Assembly: GCA_964528445.1 (NCBI GenBank) | Contig: CAZGSL010000001.1 | Location: forward strand, 82,530 to 114,529 | Reading direction: 5' to 3' | Origin: an uncultured Balneolaceae bacterium | Lineage (GTDB): Bacteria; Bacteroidota; Rhodothermia; Balneolales; Balneolaceae | Length of the DNA: 32,000 nucleotides | Shown: positions 17,870-27,070 of the stretch, piece by piece | How the letters are laid out: every line of letters begins with the position of its first letter | Numbering within the stretch: position 1 is the first letter of the stretch | Program-made: the position numbers and the translations under genes | The notes under the pieces: model-generated | Database searches by the model: none | The model's input: the letters and a program-made list of their open reading frames with translations, nothing else | What the model was told of the DNA's origin: nothing

Positions 17870-18364
17870 ATGGAAATTGACCGTTTTTTCTCCGTTTTCA
17901 AGACTGCCGGACGCGGGCTTGCCGCCCAGCGGGAACGGATCTCCGTCGCGTCCGAGAACATAGCCAACGCCAATACCACCAGGGCGGCGGACGGCGGGCC
18001 CTACCGGCCGAAAACGCTCCGGCTGTCGGCGGGAGAAGGCAGGCGTTTCGAGCGGACCCTTGAGGAGTCCCTGCTGCAGATGAACACCACCCAGGCTGAA
18101 CACAGAGCCGAACCCGGTCAGCCCGAAAGTGAGGGCGGAACCGAAGACCTGGGCCCGAGAGCGGAGGTGGTGGAGCAGGAACGATACCGTTTTGAATACG
18201 ATCCCGACCATCCCGACGCCGACGAAAACGGAATGGTCCGCTATCCCGACGTCAATATGGTGGAAGAGATGACGCGGATGGTTAGCGCCAACAGGCTCTA
18301 CGAGGCCAACCTGAGTGTTATCGAGGCGGAGAAGGAAATTATCAAACGCTCATTTGAAATCTGA
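17870..18364 (+). CDS. flgC: flagellar basal-body rod protein FlgC
   Basis: 'RISVASENIANANTTRAADGGPYRPKTLRLSA' and C-terminal 'YPDVNMVEEMTRMVSANRLYEANLSVIEAEKEIIKRSFEI'. Confidence 0.94.
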   Translation: MEIDRFFSVFKTAGRGLAAQRERISVASENIANANTTRAADGGPYRPKTLRLSAGEGRRFERTLEESLLQMNTTQAEHRAEPGQPESEGGTEDLGPRAEVVEQERYRFEYDPDHPDADENGMVRYPDVNMVEEMTRMVSANRLYEANLSVIEAEKEIIKRSFEI

Positions 18365-18372
18365 CAACCAAT

Positions 18373-18600
18373 ATGGAAACACGAGGAATCGGCGGTTTTC
18401 AGGAGTTCACAAACAACCTGATCAACAAAGCCGGGAACACACCGCAGGCGGAGGGAAAGGATCTCTCGGAAGCCGAGCGAAACATGATCGAGAGCAAGTT
18501 CAAACCTGGGAACAGCCCCATTGACCTCTACGGTTCGTCCGGAAATGTCCGCACCGAAAACCCCGGTGCCAAAGGGGGGAACATCGACTTCACCGTCTAA
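18373..18600 (+). CDS. Uncharacterised 75-aa protein inside the flagellar operon, between flgC and fliE
   Basis: Open frame METRGIGGFQEFTNNLINKAG...DLYGSSGNVRTENPGAKGGNIDFTV starts 8 nt after flgC and ends 18 nt before fliE; removal would leave a 254-nt gap in an otherwise tightly packed region. Confidence 0.72.
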   Translation: METRGIGGFQEFTNNLINKAGNTPQAEGKDLSEAERNMIESKFKPGNSPIDLYGSSGNVRTENPGAKGGNIDFTV

Positions 18601-18618
18601 CCAGAAAAGGAGTTCACC

Positions 18619-18942
18619 ATGCCCATTGACATAGGTCCCATCATAAGCAGGCTGCAGCAGCAGATGCCGGGTGACGAGGGCTTCGGCCGCCCCCGGCAGC
18701 TGGAGATCGGGGAAACGGAGGGGGAGAGTTTCTCGGATATGGTGCAGGATGCGATTGAAGATGTTGACGAAGCCCAGAAAAACGCCGATCAGAAAGTGGA
18801 GGATGTGGTGATGGGCCGCTCGGACAATATCCACGAAACCATGATCGCCATGGAGAAGGCCCAGCTGAGCTTTCAGCTGATGGTGGAAGTCAGAAACAAG
18901 GCGATAGAGACCTACCAGGAACTTAGCAGAATGCAGATCTAA
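18619..18942 (+). CDS. fliE: flagellar hook-basal body complex protein FliE
   Basis: 'ESFSDMVQDAIEDVDEAQKNADQKVEDVVMGRSDNIHETMIAMEKAQLSFQLMVEVRNKAIETYQELSRMQI' matches the FliE C-terminal domain. AAAGGAG RBS. Confidence 0.96.
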   Translation: MPIDIGPIISRLQQQMPGDEGFGRPRQLEIGETEGESFSDMVQDAIEDVDEAQKNADQKVEDVVMGRSDNIHETMIAMEKAQLSFQLMVEVRNKAIETYQELSRMQI

Positions 18943-18959
18943 ATTTTCAGGATACCTTT

Positions 18960-20603
18960 ATGGCCCGGTTGATCGATGCGTTTCAAAATTTCTTCAGTCC
19001 CCTGAGCAGTGCCCAGAAGGCGCTGTTTGTGCTTTTCAGCGTGGGGATACTTACGCTGGCCAGTATGCTTTTTTACTGGGCGCTCCAGCCCAGTTACACG
19101 ACGCTGTTCGGGTCGCTGGCGCCGGAATCGGCCCAGACCATTGTAGAGGAGCTGGAAGCCGACGGTATTCCCTATAAGCTGGGAGACAACGGCCGCTCCA
19201 TCCGGGTGCCACGGTCCCAGGTCTACGACCTGCGGCTGGAATACGCCTCGGAGGGAGCTGCCGGGGCCGACCACCAGGGTTATGAACTCTTCGACCAGAA
19301 CACTTTGGGGATGACCGACTTCATGCAGCGCATCAACAAGAAGCGCGCGATGGAGGGGGAGCTTTCCCGGACCATCAATAACCTGGAGCAGGTGGAATCC
19401 TCGCGTATCCATATTGTGCTGCCGGAACGCTCCGCATTCCAGGAGTCCACCATAGAGCCCACCGCATCGGTGATCCTGAACTTGCGGCAGGGAAAGCAGC
19501 TGGCTGACGACCAGATCCAGGGTATCGGCGCCCTGATCGCCGGCAGCGTCGAGGGATTGACCATGGAGAACGTGGTGCTGCTGGATCAGCTTGGTAACCG
19601 TATTTCGGACAATGTACTGATGGGCAGTGAAGGATCCTCGGGGACGGCTCATATGCGCCTGCGGCAGGATACCGAGAATTACCTGACCACCAAGGGCCAG
19701 AGTATGCTTGACCGGGTACTGGGGCCGGGCAACAGCATCCTGCGCATCTCCACGGATCATAATTTCGACAAGCTGACCCGCCAGTCCAACCTGATCGATC
19801 CCGAAAGCCGCACGATTATATCGGAGGAGAAGCGCACCAGCACCAACAACGACCAGACCCAGCAGCCGGTGGGCCAGGGCGAGGACGGGGAGGAGCTTCT
19901 CTCCACCGACCAGCAGCAGGGAGAATCGACCGTCCAGGTGAGAAATTACGAGGTAAACGAGACCCGGGAGCAGCTGGAGCGCCAGGTGGGCGAGGTTACG
20001 CGGATCAGCGCCTCCATCCTTCTCAACTACAAGACGGAGGAGACCCAGAACGAAGAGGGGGAAACCGTCACCGAATTCGTGCCCTACTCCCAGGATGAGA
20101 TAGCCGACATCCGTGAGGTTATGGAGGGAGCCCTGGGCATCCAGGAGGAGCGCGGGGACCAGCTCTCCATTACCCAGATCCGTTTCCAGGACTCCTACCG
20201 GAACGCGCCCGGTGATGAGCCTTTCTTTACCGATCCCGTCTCCCTGTTCGAGCTTATCCGCTGGATCGTCATGGCGGTCATCTTCCTGGTGGTTTCGGTG
20301 ATGGTCTACCGGATGACCAAGAACTTCAGCCTGGGCGGCGAGCCCCTGCTGGCACAAGGAGAGAAGGAGGAGAAAGAGAAACAGCTGTCCGAGGAAGAGC
20401 AGCGGTACCTGGAGGGCGAAAGCTCAGAGGAGGAGGATATCTACACCGAGAAATTGAGTGAAGAGGCCAAAGAGGTGGCCAAGGCCAATGAGATGTCCGA
20501 TGAGATCAAGGAGTTTGTGGACAAGAACACGCCTGAGGCCGCCAGCTACGTCCGCAGCATGATGAGCGGGGTTATGAGCAGCGATTCAAAAAAGAACAAT
20601 TGA
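18960..20603 (+). CDS. fliF: flagellar MS-ring protein FliF
   Basis: 'TLFGSLAPESAQTIVEELEADGIPYKLGDNGRSIRVPRSQVYDLRLEYASEG' and 'ESSRIHIVLPERSAFQE...ASVILNLRQGKQLADDQIQGI'. Confidence 0.97.
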   Translation: MARLIDAFQNFFSPLSSAQKALFVLFSVGILTLASMLFYWALQPSYTTLFGSLAPESAQTIVEELEADGIPYKLGDNGRSIRVPRSQVYDLRLEYASEGAAGADHQGYELFDQNTLGMTDFMQRINKKRAMEGELSRTINNLEQVESSRIHIVLPERSAFQESTIEPTASVILNLRQGKQLADDQIQGIGALIAGSVEGLTMENVVLLDQLGNRISDNVLMGSEGSSGTAHMRLRQDTENYLTTKGQSMLDRVLGPGNSILRISTDHNFDKLTRQSNLIDPESRTIISEEKRTSTNNDQTQQPVGQGEDGEELLSTDQQQGESTVQVRNYEVNETREQLERQVGEVTRISASILLNYKTEETQNEEGETVTEFVPYSQDEIADIREVMEGALGIQEERGDQLSITQIRFQDSYRNAPGDEPFFTDPVSLFELIRWIVMAVIFLVVSVMVYRMTKNFSLGGEPLLAQGEKEEKEKQLSEEEQRYLEGESSEEEDIYTEKLSEEAKEVAKANEMSDEIKEFVDKNTPEAASYVRSMMSGVMSSDSKKNN

Positions 20604-21640
20604 CTGTTATGAGCAGCGACACACAGATGATCGACGACATATCGTCGCTTAGCGGCGCCCAGAAGGTGGCCGTGCTTATGATCTCCCTGGGCGTGGAGAA
20701 GGCTTCCTCCGTCCTGAAGGAGTTGAAAGACGACGAGGTGGAGAAAATCACCATCGAGATCGCCAAGATGGACAACATCAGTCCGGAGGTGGTCGACGAG
20801 GTGGTCAAGGAATTTCACGGACTTATGAACGAGAAGCGGTTTCTCCTGGAGGGTGGAATGGACTACGCCCGGCACGTACTGAACGAAACCAAGGACCGCT
20901 ACGAGGTTCGCGGCATGATGAAACGGCTGGAGAGCAAGACCGGGAACGACACCTTCGGAATATTCCAGTCGGCCGAAACGGCCCAGATTGTCCAGTTCCT
21001 CCAGAACGAACACCCCCAGATCGCCGCGGTGATCCTGGCTCACCTGAACCTGAACCGGGCCGCGGAGATTCTGTCTGCCCTTGAGCCCGAGGCCCAGGGG
21101 GAGATTTCCATGAGAATGGCCCGGATGGGATCCATATCGCCCGATGTTATCGAAGAGATCGAAGAGGTGATCCGGGACCAGGTCAGCGCCACCTACATGC
21201 AGGCCGAGAACATACGGAAGGGCTCCTCCGCCGTGGCCAACATCCTCAACGAGACCGACCTGGCTACCGAGCGCAGCGTCCTGGAGTCGATCGACAAGAT
21301 CGATTCTCAGCTGGCGGAGGAGATCAAGAACCAGATGTTCCTCTTCGAGGATATCCTGGAGCTCGAAGACCGGGACGTCCAGGCTATCATCAGCTCGGTG
21401 GACCGCTCGGATCTGGTCGTGGGACTGAAGGGGGTGGCGGACGAGCTGGTGCAGAAGGTCCTGGACAACATGTCGTCCCGCGCGAAGGAGATGTTCCTGG
21501 AGGATATGGAAGCCAGCGGACCGGTGCACCGGAAGCAGGTCGAGGAGGCCCAGCAGCGTATTGTCAGCGAAATCAAGCGGCTTGAGGAGGAGGGACAGAT
21601 CACCACGCGCAAAGCCGACGCGGAAGAATTGGTTGAATAG
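20600..21640 (+). CDS. fliG: flagellar motor switch protein FliG
   Basis: 'SGAQKVAVLMISLGVEKASSVLKELKDDEVEKITIEIAKM', 'HPQIAAVILAHL', C-terminal 'MFLFEDILELEDRDVQAIISSVDRSDLVVGLKG'. TTG 20600 or ATG 20609 start. Confidence 0.97.
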   Translation: MTVMSSDTQMIDDISSLSGAQKVAVLMISLGVEKASSVLKELKDDEVEKITIEIAKMDNISPEVVDEVVKEFHGLMNEKRFLLEGGMDYARHVLNETKDRYEVRGMMKRLESKTGNDTFGIFQSAETAQIVQFLQNEHPQIAAVILAHLNLNRAAEILSALEPEAQGEISMRMARMGSISPDVIEEIEEVIRDQVSATYMQAENIRKGSSAVANILNETDLATERSVLESIDKIDSQLAEEIKNQMFLFEDILELEDRDVQAIISSVDRSDLVVGLKGVADELVQKVLDNMSSRAKEMFLEDMEASGPVHRKQVEEAQQRIVSEIKRLEEEGQITTRKADAEELVE

Positions 21641-21651
21641 AGAAAACCATT

Positions 21652-22368
21652 ATGGACAGCAAGGTCATCAATTCGGAGCAGCTCAATTTCAAGGGGAAGG
21701 AGTTCGCCCGCCTCTCCTACGATATGCTGTTTGAGGATCAGGCGTCCGGCGAAGAGGAAAAAAATCCCTCGCTGGAGGAAGCGGTGGAGGGCATCAGCAG
21801 GGAGGAGCTCTCCGAGCGCCTTCGCGAGGTGGAGGAGGAGTGGCGTGAACGCCTGGAGGAGGAGCGGGAAAAGGCGGCCCGTGCGGCCTACGACCGGGGG
21901 AGGAAGCGCGGCAGGAAGGAGGCCGAGTCGTCGATGGAGAAGAACATCTCTACGCTGAAGTCGGCCCTGGAGAAGGCCGACCGGAAGATTGACGAAATGC
22001 TGGAGGAGCTTAAGCCGGAGATGGCCCGGATGGTATTTGACCTGGCCGAGAAGGTGGTCCGGGTTCCCCTGAAAGACGAGGGTATACGCCGGAAGGTAAG
22101 CAGTGAGATAAAGGAAGTTCTGGACAAGCTGGAGGAGGGAATCCGGGTAAAAATCAAGGTTTCTGAAAGCGATTACCTGGCGGTGGAGGAGAAGCTTGGG
22201 GATTGCGGGAACCGGGTGGAACTTACGTCCGGCGAAGAGCTGAATCCCGGGGAGTACTCCATTGACACCCGGAAGGAGAGGGTGGTGAAGCGTTTTACAA
22301 AGATCCTGGACGATTTCAGGGAATCCGTGGCATTGACAGACGACAAATCGTACAACGAGGTGGCCTGA
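21652..22368 (+). CDS. fliH: flagellar assembly protein FliH
   Basis: Position between fliG and fliI; Glu/Arg-rich helical protein with 'EMARMVFDLAEKVVRVPLKDE...ISSEIKEVLDKL' FliH/HrpE-like C-terminus. Confidence 0.85.
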   Translation: MDSKVINSEQLNFKGKEFARLSYDMLFEDQASGEEEKNPSLEEAVEGISREELSERLREVEEEWRERLEEEREKAARAAYDRGRKRGRKEAESSMEKNISTLKSALEKADRKIDEMLEELKPEMARMVFDLAEKVVRVPLKDEGIRRKVSSEIKEVLDKLEEGIRVKIKVSESDYLAVEEKLGDCGNRVELTSGEELNPGEYSIDTRKERVVKRFTKILDDFRESVALTDDKSYNEVA

Positions 22369-23705
22369 TGATGCTCTCGTACATCAATGAGATATCGGAC
22401 CGGATGGAGGAGATGGAAGCGGAGCCCAAGCGCTTCGGCAAAGTCTCGTCCGTCGTCGGCACCGTCATCGAGGCCACCGGACTGGAAGCCTCGGTGGGAG
22501 AGCTGCATACCATTCACACCAGGCACGGTTCGGAAATCAGGGCGGAAGTGGTGGGCCTTAAAAACGAAGTGACCCTCCTCATGCCCCTGGACCGGGTGGA
22601 GGGAATCCAGGCGGGCTGCCTGGTGGAGTCCACGCCCCGCTCCATGAGCGTGCGCATCGGCGAATCCCTGCTGGGCCGGGTCATTGACGCCAACGGCATG
22701 CCAATCGACAACAAGGGTCCGCTGGTGGATTGCCGGAACTATCCCGTCCACAACGATCCCCCGGGTCCGCTGGAGAGGGAGAACATCGATGAAGTTCTCT
22801 TCAGCGGCGTGCGCAGCATCGACACCTTCCTGACCTTGGGCAAGGGACAGCGGATGGGAATTTTCGCCGGCTCCGGCGTCGGGAAGAGTACCCTGATGGG
22901 AATGATCGCCCGTCACTCCTCGATCGATATCAATGTGATCGCGCTGATCGGGGAACGGGGAAGGGAGGTCAAAGAATTTGTGGACGACGTGCTGGGTCCT
23001 GAGGGACTCCGCCGTTCCGTGGTCGTGGCCACCACCTCCGACAAGGCGGCGATGAGCCGTGTGAAAGCCGCTTATACCGCCACGGCCGTGGCGGAGTATT
23101 TCCGGGAAGAGGGGAGGGACGTCATGCTGATGATGGACTCCGTCACCCGCGTTGCCATGGCCCAGCGTGAAATAGGACTGGCCTCCGGGGAGCCGCCCAC
23201 CACCAAGGGATATACCCCCAGCGTGTTCGCCATGCTGCCAAAAATACTGGAACGGGCCGGAAAAACACCGGAGGGTAGCATCACGGGACTCTATACCGTA
23301 CTGGTCGACAACGACGATATGAACGAACCGATAGCCGATGCGGTGCGGGCCATCCTCGACGGACACATTGTTCTCTCCCGCGATCTGGCGCACAAGAACC
23401 ACTATCCGGCTGTGGACGTACTGGCCAGCGTCTCCCGCCTGATGGCCAAGCTGGTGGACGACGAAAAACGGGAGATCTCCCGGCAGGCCCGCGAACTGCT
23501 GGCGACCTACCGGGAATCGGAGGATCTGATCAATATCGGGGCGTACGTGGAGGGCAGCAATCCCAAAATCGATCGCGCGGTCGGATGTATCGAAGAATTA
23601 AACGATTTCCTGACGCAGGATATCACGGAGACTGATTTTGAGACCGACCTGTGGGAGAGGCTGGGACAGATCATCGGCTACGAAAATGCAGGTGGGATAC
23701 AATGA
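22368..23705 (+). CDS. fliI: flagellum-specific ATP synthase FliI
   Basis: 'RMGIFAGSGVGKSTLMGMIARHSSIDINVIALIGERGREVKEFVDDVLG' Walker A and 'DVMLMMDSVTRVAMAQREIGLASGEPPTTKGYTPSVFAMLPKILERAG'. Confidence 0.98.
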   Translation: MMLSYINEISDRMEEMEAEPKRFGKVSSVVGTVIEATGLEASVGELHTIHTRHGSEIRAEVVGLKNEVTLLMPLDRVEGIQAGCLVESTPRSMSVRIGESLLGRVIDANGMPIDNKGPLVDCRNYPVHNDPPGPLERENIDEVLFSGVRSIDTFLTLGKGQRMGIFAGSGVGKSTLMGMIARHSSIDINVIALIGERGREVKEFVDDVLGPEGLRRSVVVATTSDKAAMSRVKAAYTATAVAEYFREEGRDVMLMMDSVTRVAMAQREIGLASGEPPTTKGYTPSVFAMLPKILERAGKTPEGSITGLYTVLVDNDDMNEPIADAVRAILDGHIVLSRDLAHKNHYPAVDVLASVSRLMAKLVDDEKREISRQARELLATYRESEDLINIGAYVEGSNPKIDRAVGCIEELNDFLTQDITETDFETDLWERLGQIIGYENAGGIQ

Positions 23706-24130
23706 AATTTACCTTCAAATACGAATCCCTGAAGAAGATCCGCCGTCACCGGCAGGAGCGGGAGCAGCAGAAGCTCGCCGCGATACGGGGACGCAGGGCC
23801 GGGCTGCAGCAGGAGCTGTCGGCCCTGAGGAAAGAGCTCTCCGCCCCGATGGACGAATCCTCGAGGCGGCACTCCGTACAGCATGTGCGCCGCACGTTCC
23901 AGCACCACATGAGCCGGTTGAAGCGGTGCTGGAAAATGGAAAAGGAGTTGCTTCAGCTGGAGCAGGAGATCGAGCGCCAGCGCCAGCGCCTGCTGGAGGC
24001 CGACAGGGAGAAGAAAGTCCTGGAAACCCTGGAGGCGCGGGAGAAGATGAGGTTTGTCGAGAAGCTCCAGCACCGCGAACAGCTCCGTCAGAATGAGATT
24101 GCAACCCAAATGTACAACCAGAGAGGATAG
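23702..24130 (+). CDS. fliJ: flagellar export protein FliJ
   Basis: ATGA overlap with the fliI stop; coiled-coil 143-aa protein 'MKFTFKYESLKKIRRHRQEREQQKLAAIRGRRAGLQQELSALRKEL'. The track start at 23651 lies inside fliI; ATG 23702 preferred. Confidence 0.85.
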   Translation: MKFTFKYESLKKIRRHRQEREQQKLAAIRGRRAGLQQELSALRKELSAPMDESSRRHSVQHVRRTFQHHMSRLKRCWKMEKELLQLEQEIERQRQRLLEADREKKVLETLEAREKMRFVEKLQHREQLRQNEIATQMYNQRG

Positions 24131-24136
24131 CAGATT

Positions 24137-24763
24137 ATGGATACCAAACAGATAGCCATATATGCGGGAGGGTTCCTGGGATCCTTCCTGGTGTTGCTGG
24201 CCATCATGTATCTGATCTATCCCTATCTGCATCCCGAACAGGCGGAGGAGGTCGCCTCGGAATATTCCGAGCTCTCCGGAAACAGTTTTGAAACCGAGTC
24301 ATACAGCCCGGAGGCGGTGGATGCACTGAATCGGCAGATTACCAATTTGCAGACGACCATTGACTCTCTTAACAGCCGCAACAGCAATTATGAGCAGACC
24401 ATCGATTCGCTGGAAGGCAGGGTCGGGGAGCTGACGACCACGCTCGAAGAGCAAAATACGCGGCAGTCCGGGGTTGCGGAGGCCGCGTCTCCCGGTGAAG
24501 AGGGAGATCCTGTTGATCTGGATGCCGGGGATCCCCGGCAGGTCAGCGAACAGGTTACGGAAGCAAGCAGGGAAGAGCTGGAGGCGATTTCCAAATCGCT
24601 GCTGCGAATGGACGAAGACGCGCTCTCCCCGATTGTCAATTTGCTGGAAGACGAACAGCTCATCAGTCTCTACACCACGGGCAGCAGCCTGCAGCGGGAG
24701 AAGCTACTTCGCGCGCTGGAGCCCGAGAAAGCAGCGGAAATACTAAAAAAGGTCATGTCATGA
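24137..24763 (+). CDS. MotE/YlxF-like protein (transmembrane anchor, coiled coil, MgtE-N-like C-terminus)
   Basis: N-terminal TM 'GGFLGSFLVLLAIMYLIYP', coiled coil, C-terminal 'DEDALSPIVNLLEDEQLISLYTTGSSLQREKLLRALEPEKAAEILKKVMS'; location fliJ-X-fliK as for ylxF in Bacillus. Confidence 0.72.
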   Translation: MDTKQIAIYAGGFLGSFLVLLAIMYLIYPYLHPEQAEEVASEYSELSGNSFETESYSPEAVDALNRQITNLQTTIDSLNSRNSNYEQTIDSLEGRVGELTTTLEEQNTRQSGVAEAASPGEEGDPVDLDAGDPRQVSEQVTEASREELEAISKSLLRMDEDALSPIVNLLEDEQLISLYTTGSSLQREKLLRALEPEKAAEILKKVMS

Positions 24764-27066
24764 ACCATCTACTATCCAGTTTGGTACAACAGTTGGGCGG
24801 CAAGCAGGCGCTCTCCGCGGGCGATCAGCGTACCGGCGGGAACCCACTCATGCCGGCGTCCTCCGGCGGCGGTGAAGGGGGCGGAGATCCCTTTTTCCAA
24901 ACCTACGTCTCCGTGCTGGGAGCCAATGTGAGCGGCGGCGAAGACGCAGAATCCGGATCCACCGGTTCCGCGAACGGTGGGGGAACTGCCAAAGGGGGAG
25001 AGAAAGTGCTGCCCGGAATGGCACTTGCGGCGCCGGTAACGCTGGAGAACGCACAGGAGGGAAAGGCATCATCGAATACCGATAACGAAGCATCCCAGTC
25101 GTCCGTCCAGGAATCCGGCAAGGTCGGGGAAATCTCCGGCGAGACGGCCGAATCGGGGGAAGCCCGGGAGGGTGGCGAATCTTCTGACGGGGAGAAATCA
25201 ACGGAAGCGAAAGAGGAGGAGACAACTCAGAACGCCGACGGCGAAAACGAAAGTGAGGGTGAAAGCACCGGGAATGAAAAAAAGTCCGCGGACAAGAAAG
25301 ACCAGCGTACGGAAAAACAGGGAACGTCTGCCGAAAACAGACCGACACTGACGTCCGGCGGGGAAACCGAGCGTAGTGCGGAAAGCGGCACGACAAACGG
25401 CACGGGCGGCGCTGCGGAGGGCGGAGAGAAGAGTTCCGCCACCGCCGCCGCGGAAAGCGAGAACAGCGGCGAAACCGCCAAGGACGCTTCGGCACAGACA
25501 TCGGGCAAAAAAGAGGGAGAGACCTCCGCGCGCCCGACGAACGCTTCCGGCCGCCCGACGGAAAACGGTTCCTCTGAGCCGTCCCGGGAGAGCCGGCCGA
25601 CGCAGGCGCTTGAAGAGAATGGGCAGAAACTGTCAGCGGAGGAGAAATCGAATGACGCCGGGGAGAAGAAGGGGGCAGATACCGGCAGCAAGAAGAGCTC
25701 CGGGTCCGAAACCGGTTCCCGGAAGCATTCGGCAGCGGCGTCCGCGCAGAAGTCCGGCGGCAGTGCCGCGACTGCGAGTCAGGCCGCGGCTGCGAGTCAA
25801 TCGGCTCCCGCCGGGTCGGCCGAAGGAACACAAAACAGCGGCCGTGCAGTGTCCGGTACGAACAGCTCCGGAAGCGAGTCCGCCGACAGCGCCAACCGTG
25901 CGTCCGCCGGTAGCAGCGGCAATGGATCCTCCGCCGGAGCCCAGGGCCGGAACGCCTCACGCGGCTCCAGCTCCACCTCGGGATCGGCACAGGCCGCGAA
26001 CACGCAGGCCGACAGCCGGGGCGGCACGGCAAACCCAGGCCGGACGTCCGGCGGTAAAACGGCGCCTGCAGCCCCGCGGCAGGGCGAGGTCCCTGACACA
26101 GGCGGCGGGGAAACCCGAAAACGTCAGCCGATGGAACAAGCAAAGGGATTGGGAGGAGAACGAAGTTCGTCGGGAAAACAGGACCAAAACCGTCCAAACC
26201 GTTCATCCGGCGGGAATTCCACCATCCGGCAGTCCGGTCCTGACCGGGCTCCTGCGGGCAGTCGGCAGGATGGGAAAACGATGGAACTCGATCCCTCCGG
26301 GAGCCGCTCCCGCGCCGTAGAACAGAAGAATCCGAAGGAGAGCGGCTTCTCCGGCATGGCCACCGGGGCCACTGGCACGAATGACACCGGCCGGCCTGAA
26401 CAGCAAAGGGCGGTGGGCTTCCAGCCTTTGAATCGGGTCACGGAAGCGGAGAGGGAGTTCTCTCCCTCGATGAAATCCACACAGGGGGAGCTGAACCGCT
26501 CCTCGCTGGAGATGATGGATACGGAAATGAGCGGAGAGCGGGAATTCGGCGGGAGCGATGACAGCGAAGGCGGTGAGATGAGAAAGCTGGAGGCCCTGAA
26601 CACCTCGCAGCTGCGCAACTCATCCGCCGTGCGCCAGAAATTGAGCATGCATATTGCCCGGGCCGTCCGGCAGGAGATGGTGCAGAGCCGCGGCGGCTCG
26701 GAGGCGCAGTGGCAGCATCACAGGTTTGTGCTGGACGACGGGCAGTCGGTGAATGTCTCCTTCCGACATGCGGAGGGGGCCATCCAGCTGCAGCTGGGAT
26801 CGGGCAGCGCCGAAATGAACAAGTTATTGCAGCAGCACCTGGGAGAGATCAGGGAGCATCTGCAGCAGGAGCTGGACGTGGATGTGAACCTGGAATTCCA
26901 GGACTTTGAAGGGAAACAGTTTGAAGGAGAACAGTCCGACCGGCCGGGAGATCTGACAAGAACGAGTACGCCCCTCGAGGGCGAAAGCGAGGGAGAGCCC
27001 TCTCCGTCGTCCGCCCCGAAGCAAGTACGGTATATGGGATTTAACACCAACGAATGGACAGCTTGA
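24760..27066 (+). CDS. fliK: flagellar hook-length control protein FliK
   Basis: Very long Ser/Gly/Glu/Ala-rich low-complexity N-terminal portion, then C-terminal 'VSFRHAEGAIQLQLGSGSAEMNKLLQQHLGEIREHLQQELDVDVNLEFQD' FliK-C-like; sits before flgD. Confidence 0.85.
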   Translation: MNHLLSSLVQQLGGKQALSAGDQRTGGNPLMPASSGGGEGGGDPFFQTYVSVLGANVSGGEDAESGSTGSANGGGTAKGGEKVLPGMALAAPVTLENAQEGKASSNTDNEASQSSVQESGKVGEISGETAESGEAREGGESSDGEKSTEAKEEETTQNADGENESEGESTGNEKKSADKKDQRTEKQGTSAENRPTLTSGGETERSAESGTTNGTGGAAEGGEKSSATAAAESENSGETAKDASAQTSGKKEGETSARPTNASGRPTENGSSEPSRESRPTQALEENGQKLSAEEKSNDAGEKKGADTGSKKSSGSETGSRKHSAAASAQKSGGSAATASQAAAASQSAPAGSAEGTQNSGRAVSGTNSSGSESADSANRASAGSSGNGSSAGAQGRNASRGSSSTSGSAQAANTQADSRGGTANPGRTSGGKTAPAAPRQGEVPDTGGGETRKRQPMEQAKGLGGERSSSGKQDQNRPNRSSGGNSTIRQSGPDRAPAGSRQDGKTMELDPSGSRSRAVEQKNPKESGFSGMATGATGTNDTGRPEQQRAVGFQPLNRVTEAEREFSPSMKSTQGELNRSSLEMMDTEMSGEREFGGSDDSEGGEMRKLEALNTSQLRNSSAVRQKLSMHIARAVRQEMVQSRGGSEAQWQHHRFVLDDGQSVNVSFRHAEGAIQLQLGSGSAEMNKLLQQHLGEIREHLQQELDVDVNLEFQDFEGKQFEGEQSDRPGDLTRTSTPLEGESEGEPSPSSAPKQVRYMGFNTNEWTA

Positions 27067-27070
27067 AACC

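Noticed and set aside
18939-20357. 472-aa minus-strand ORF opposite fliF
   Set aside because: fliF is unambiguous on the plus strand; the antisense product has no recognisable motifs.
24848-26206. 452-aa minus-strand ORF (and 314-aa + strand ORF 25376-26320) inside fliK
   Set aside because: Both are shadow frames of the low-complexity GC-rich fliK coding sequence. Their translations are Arg/Pro/Ser-rich with no family resemblance, and the fliK frame continues uninterrupted to a FliK-C-like end.
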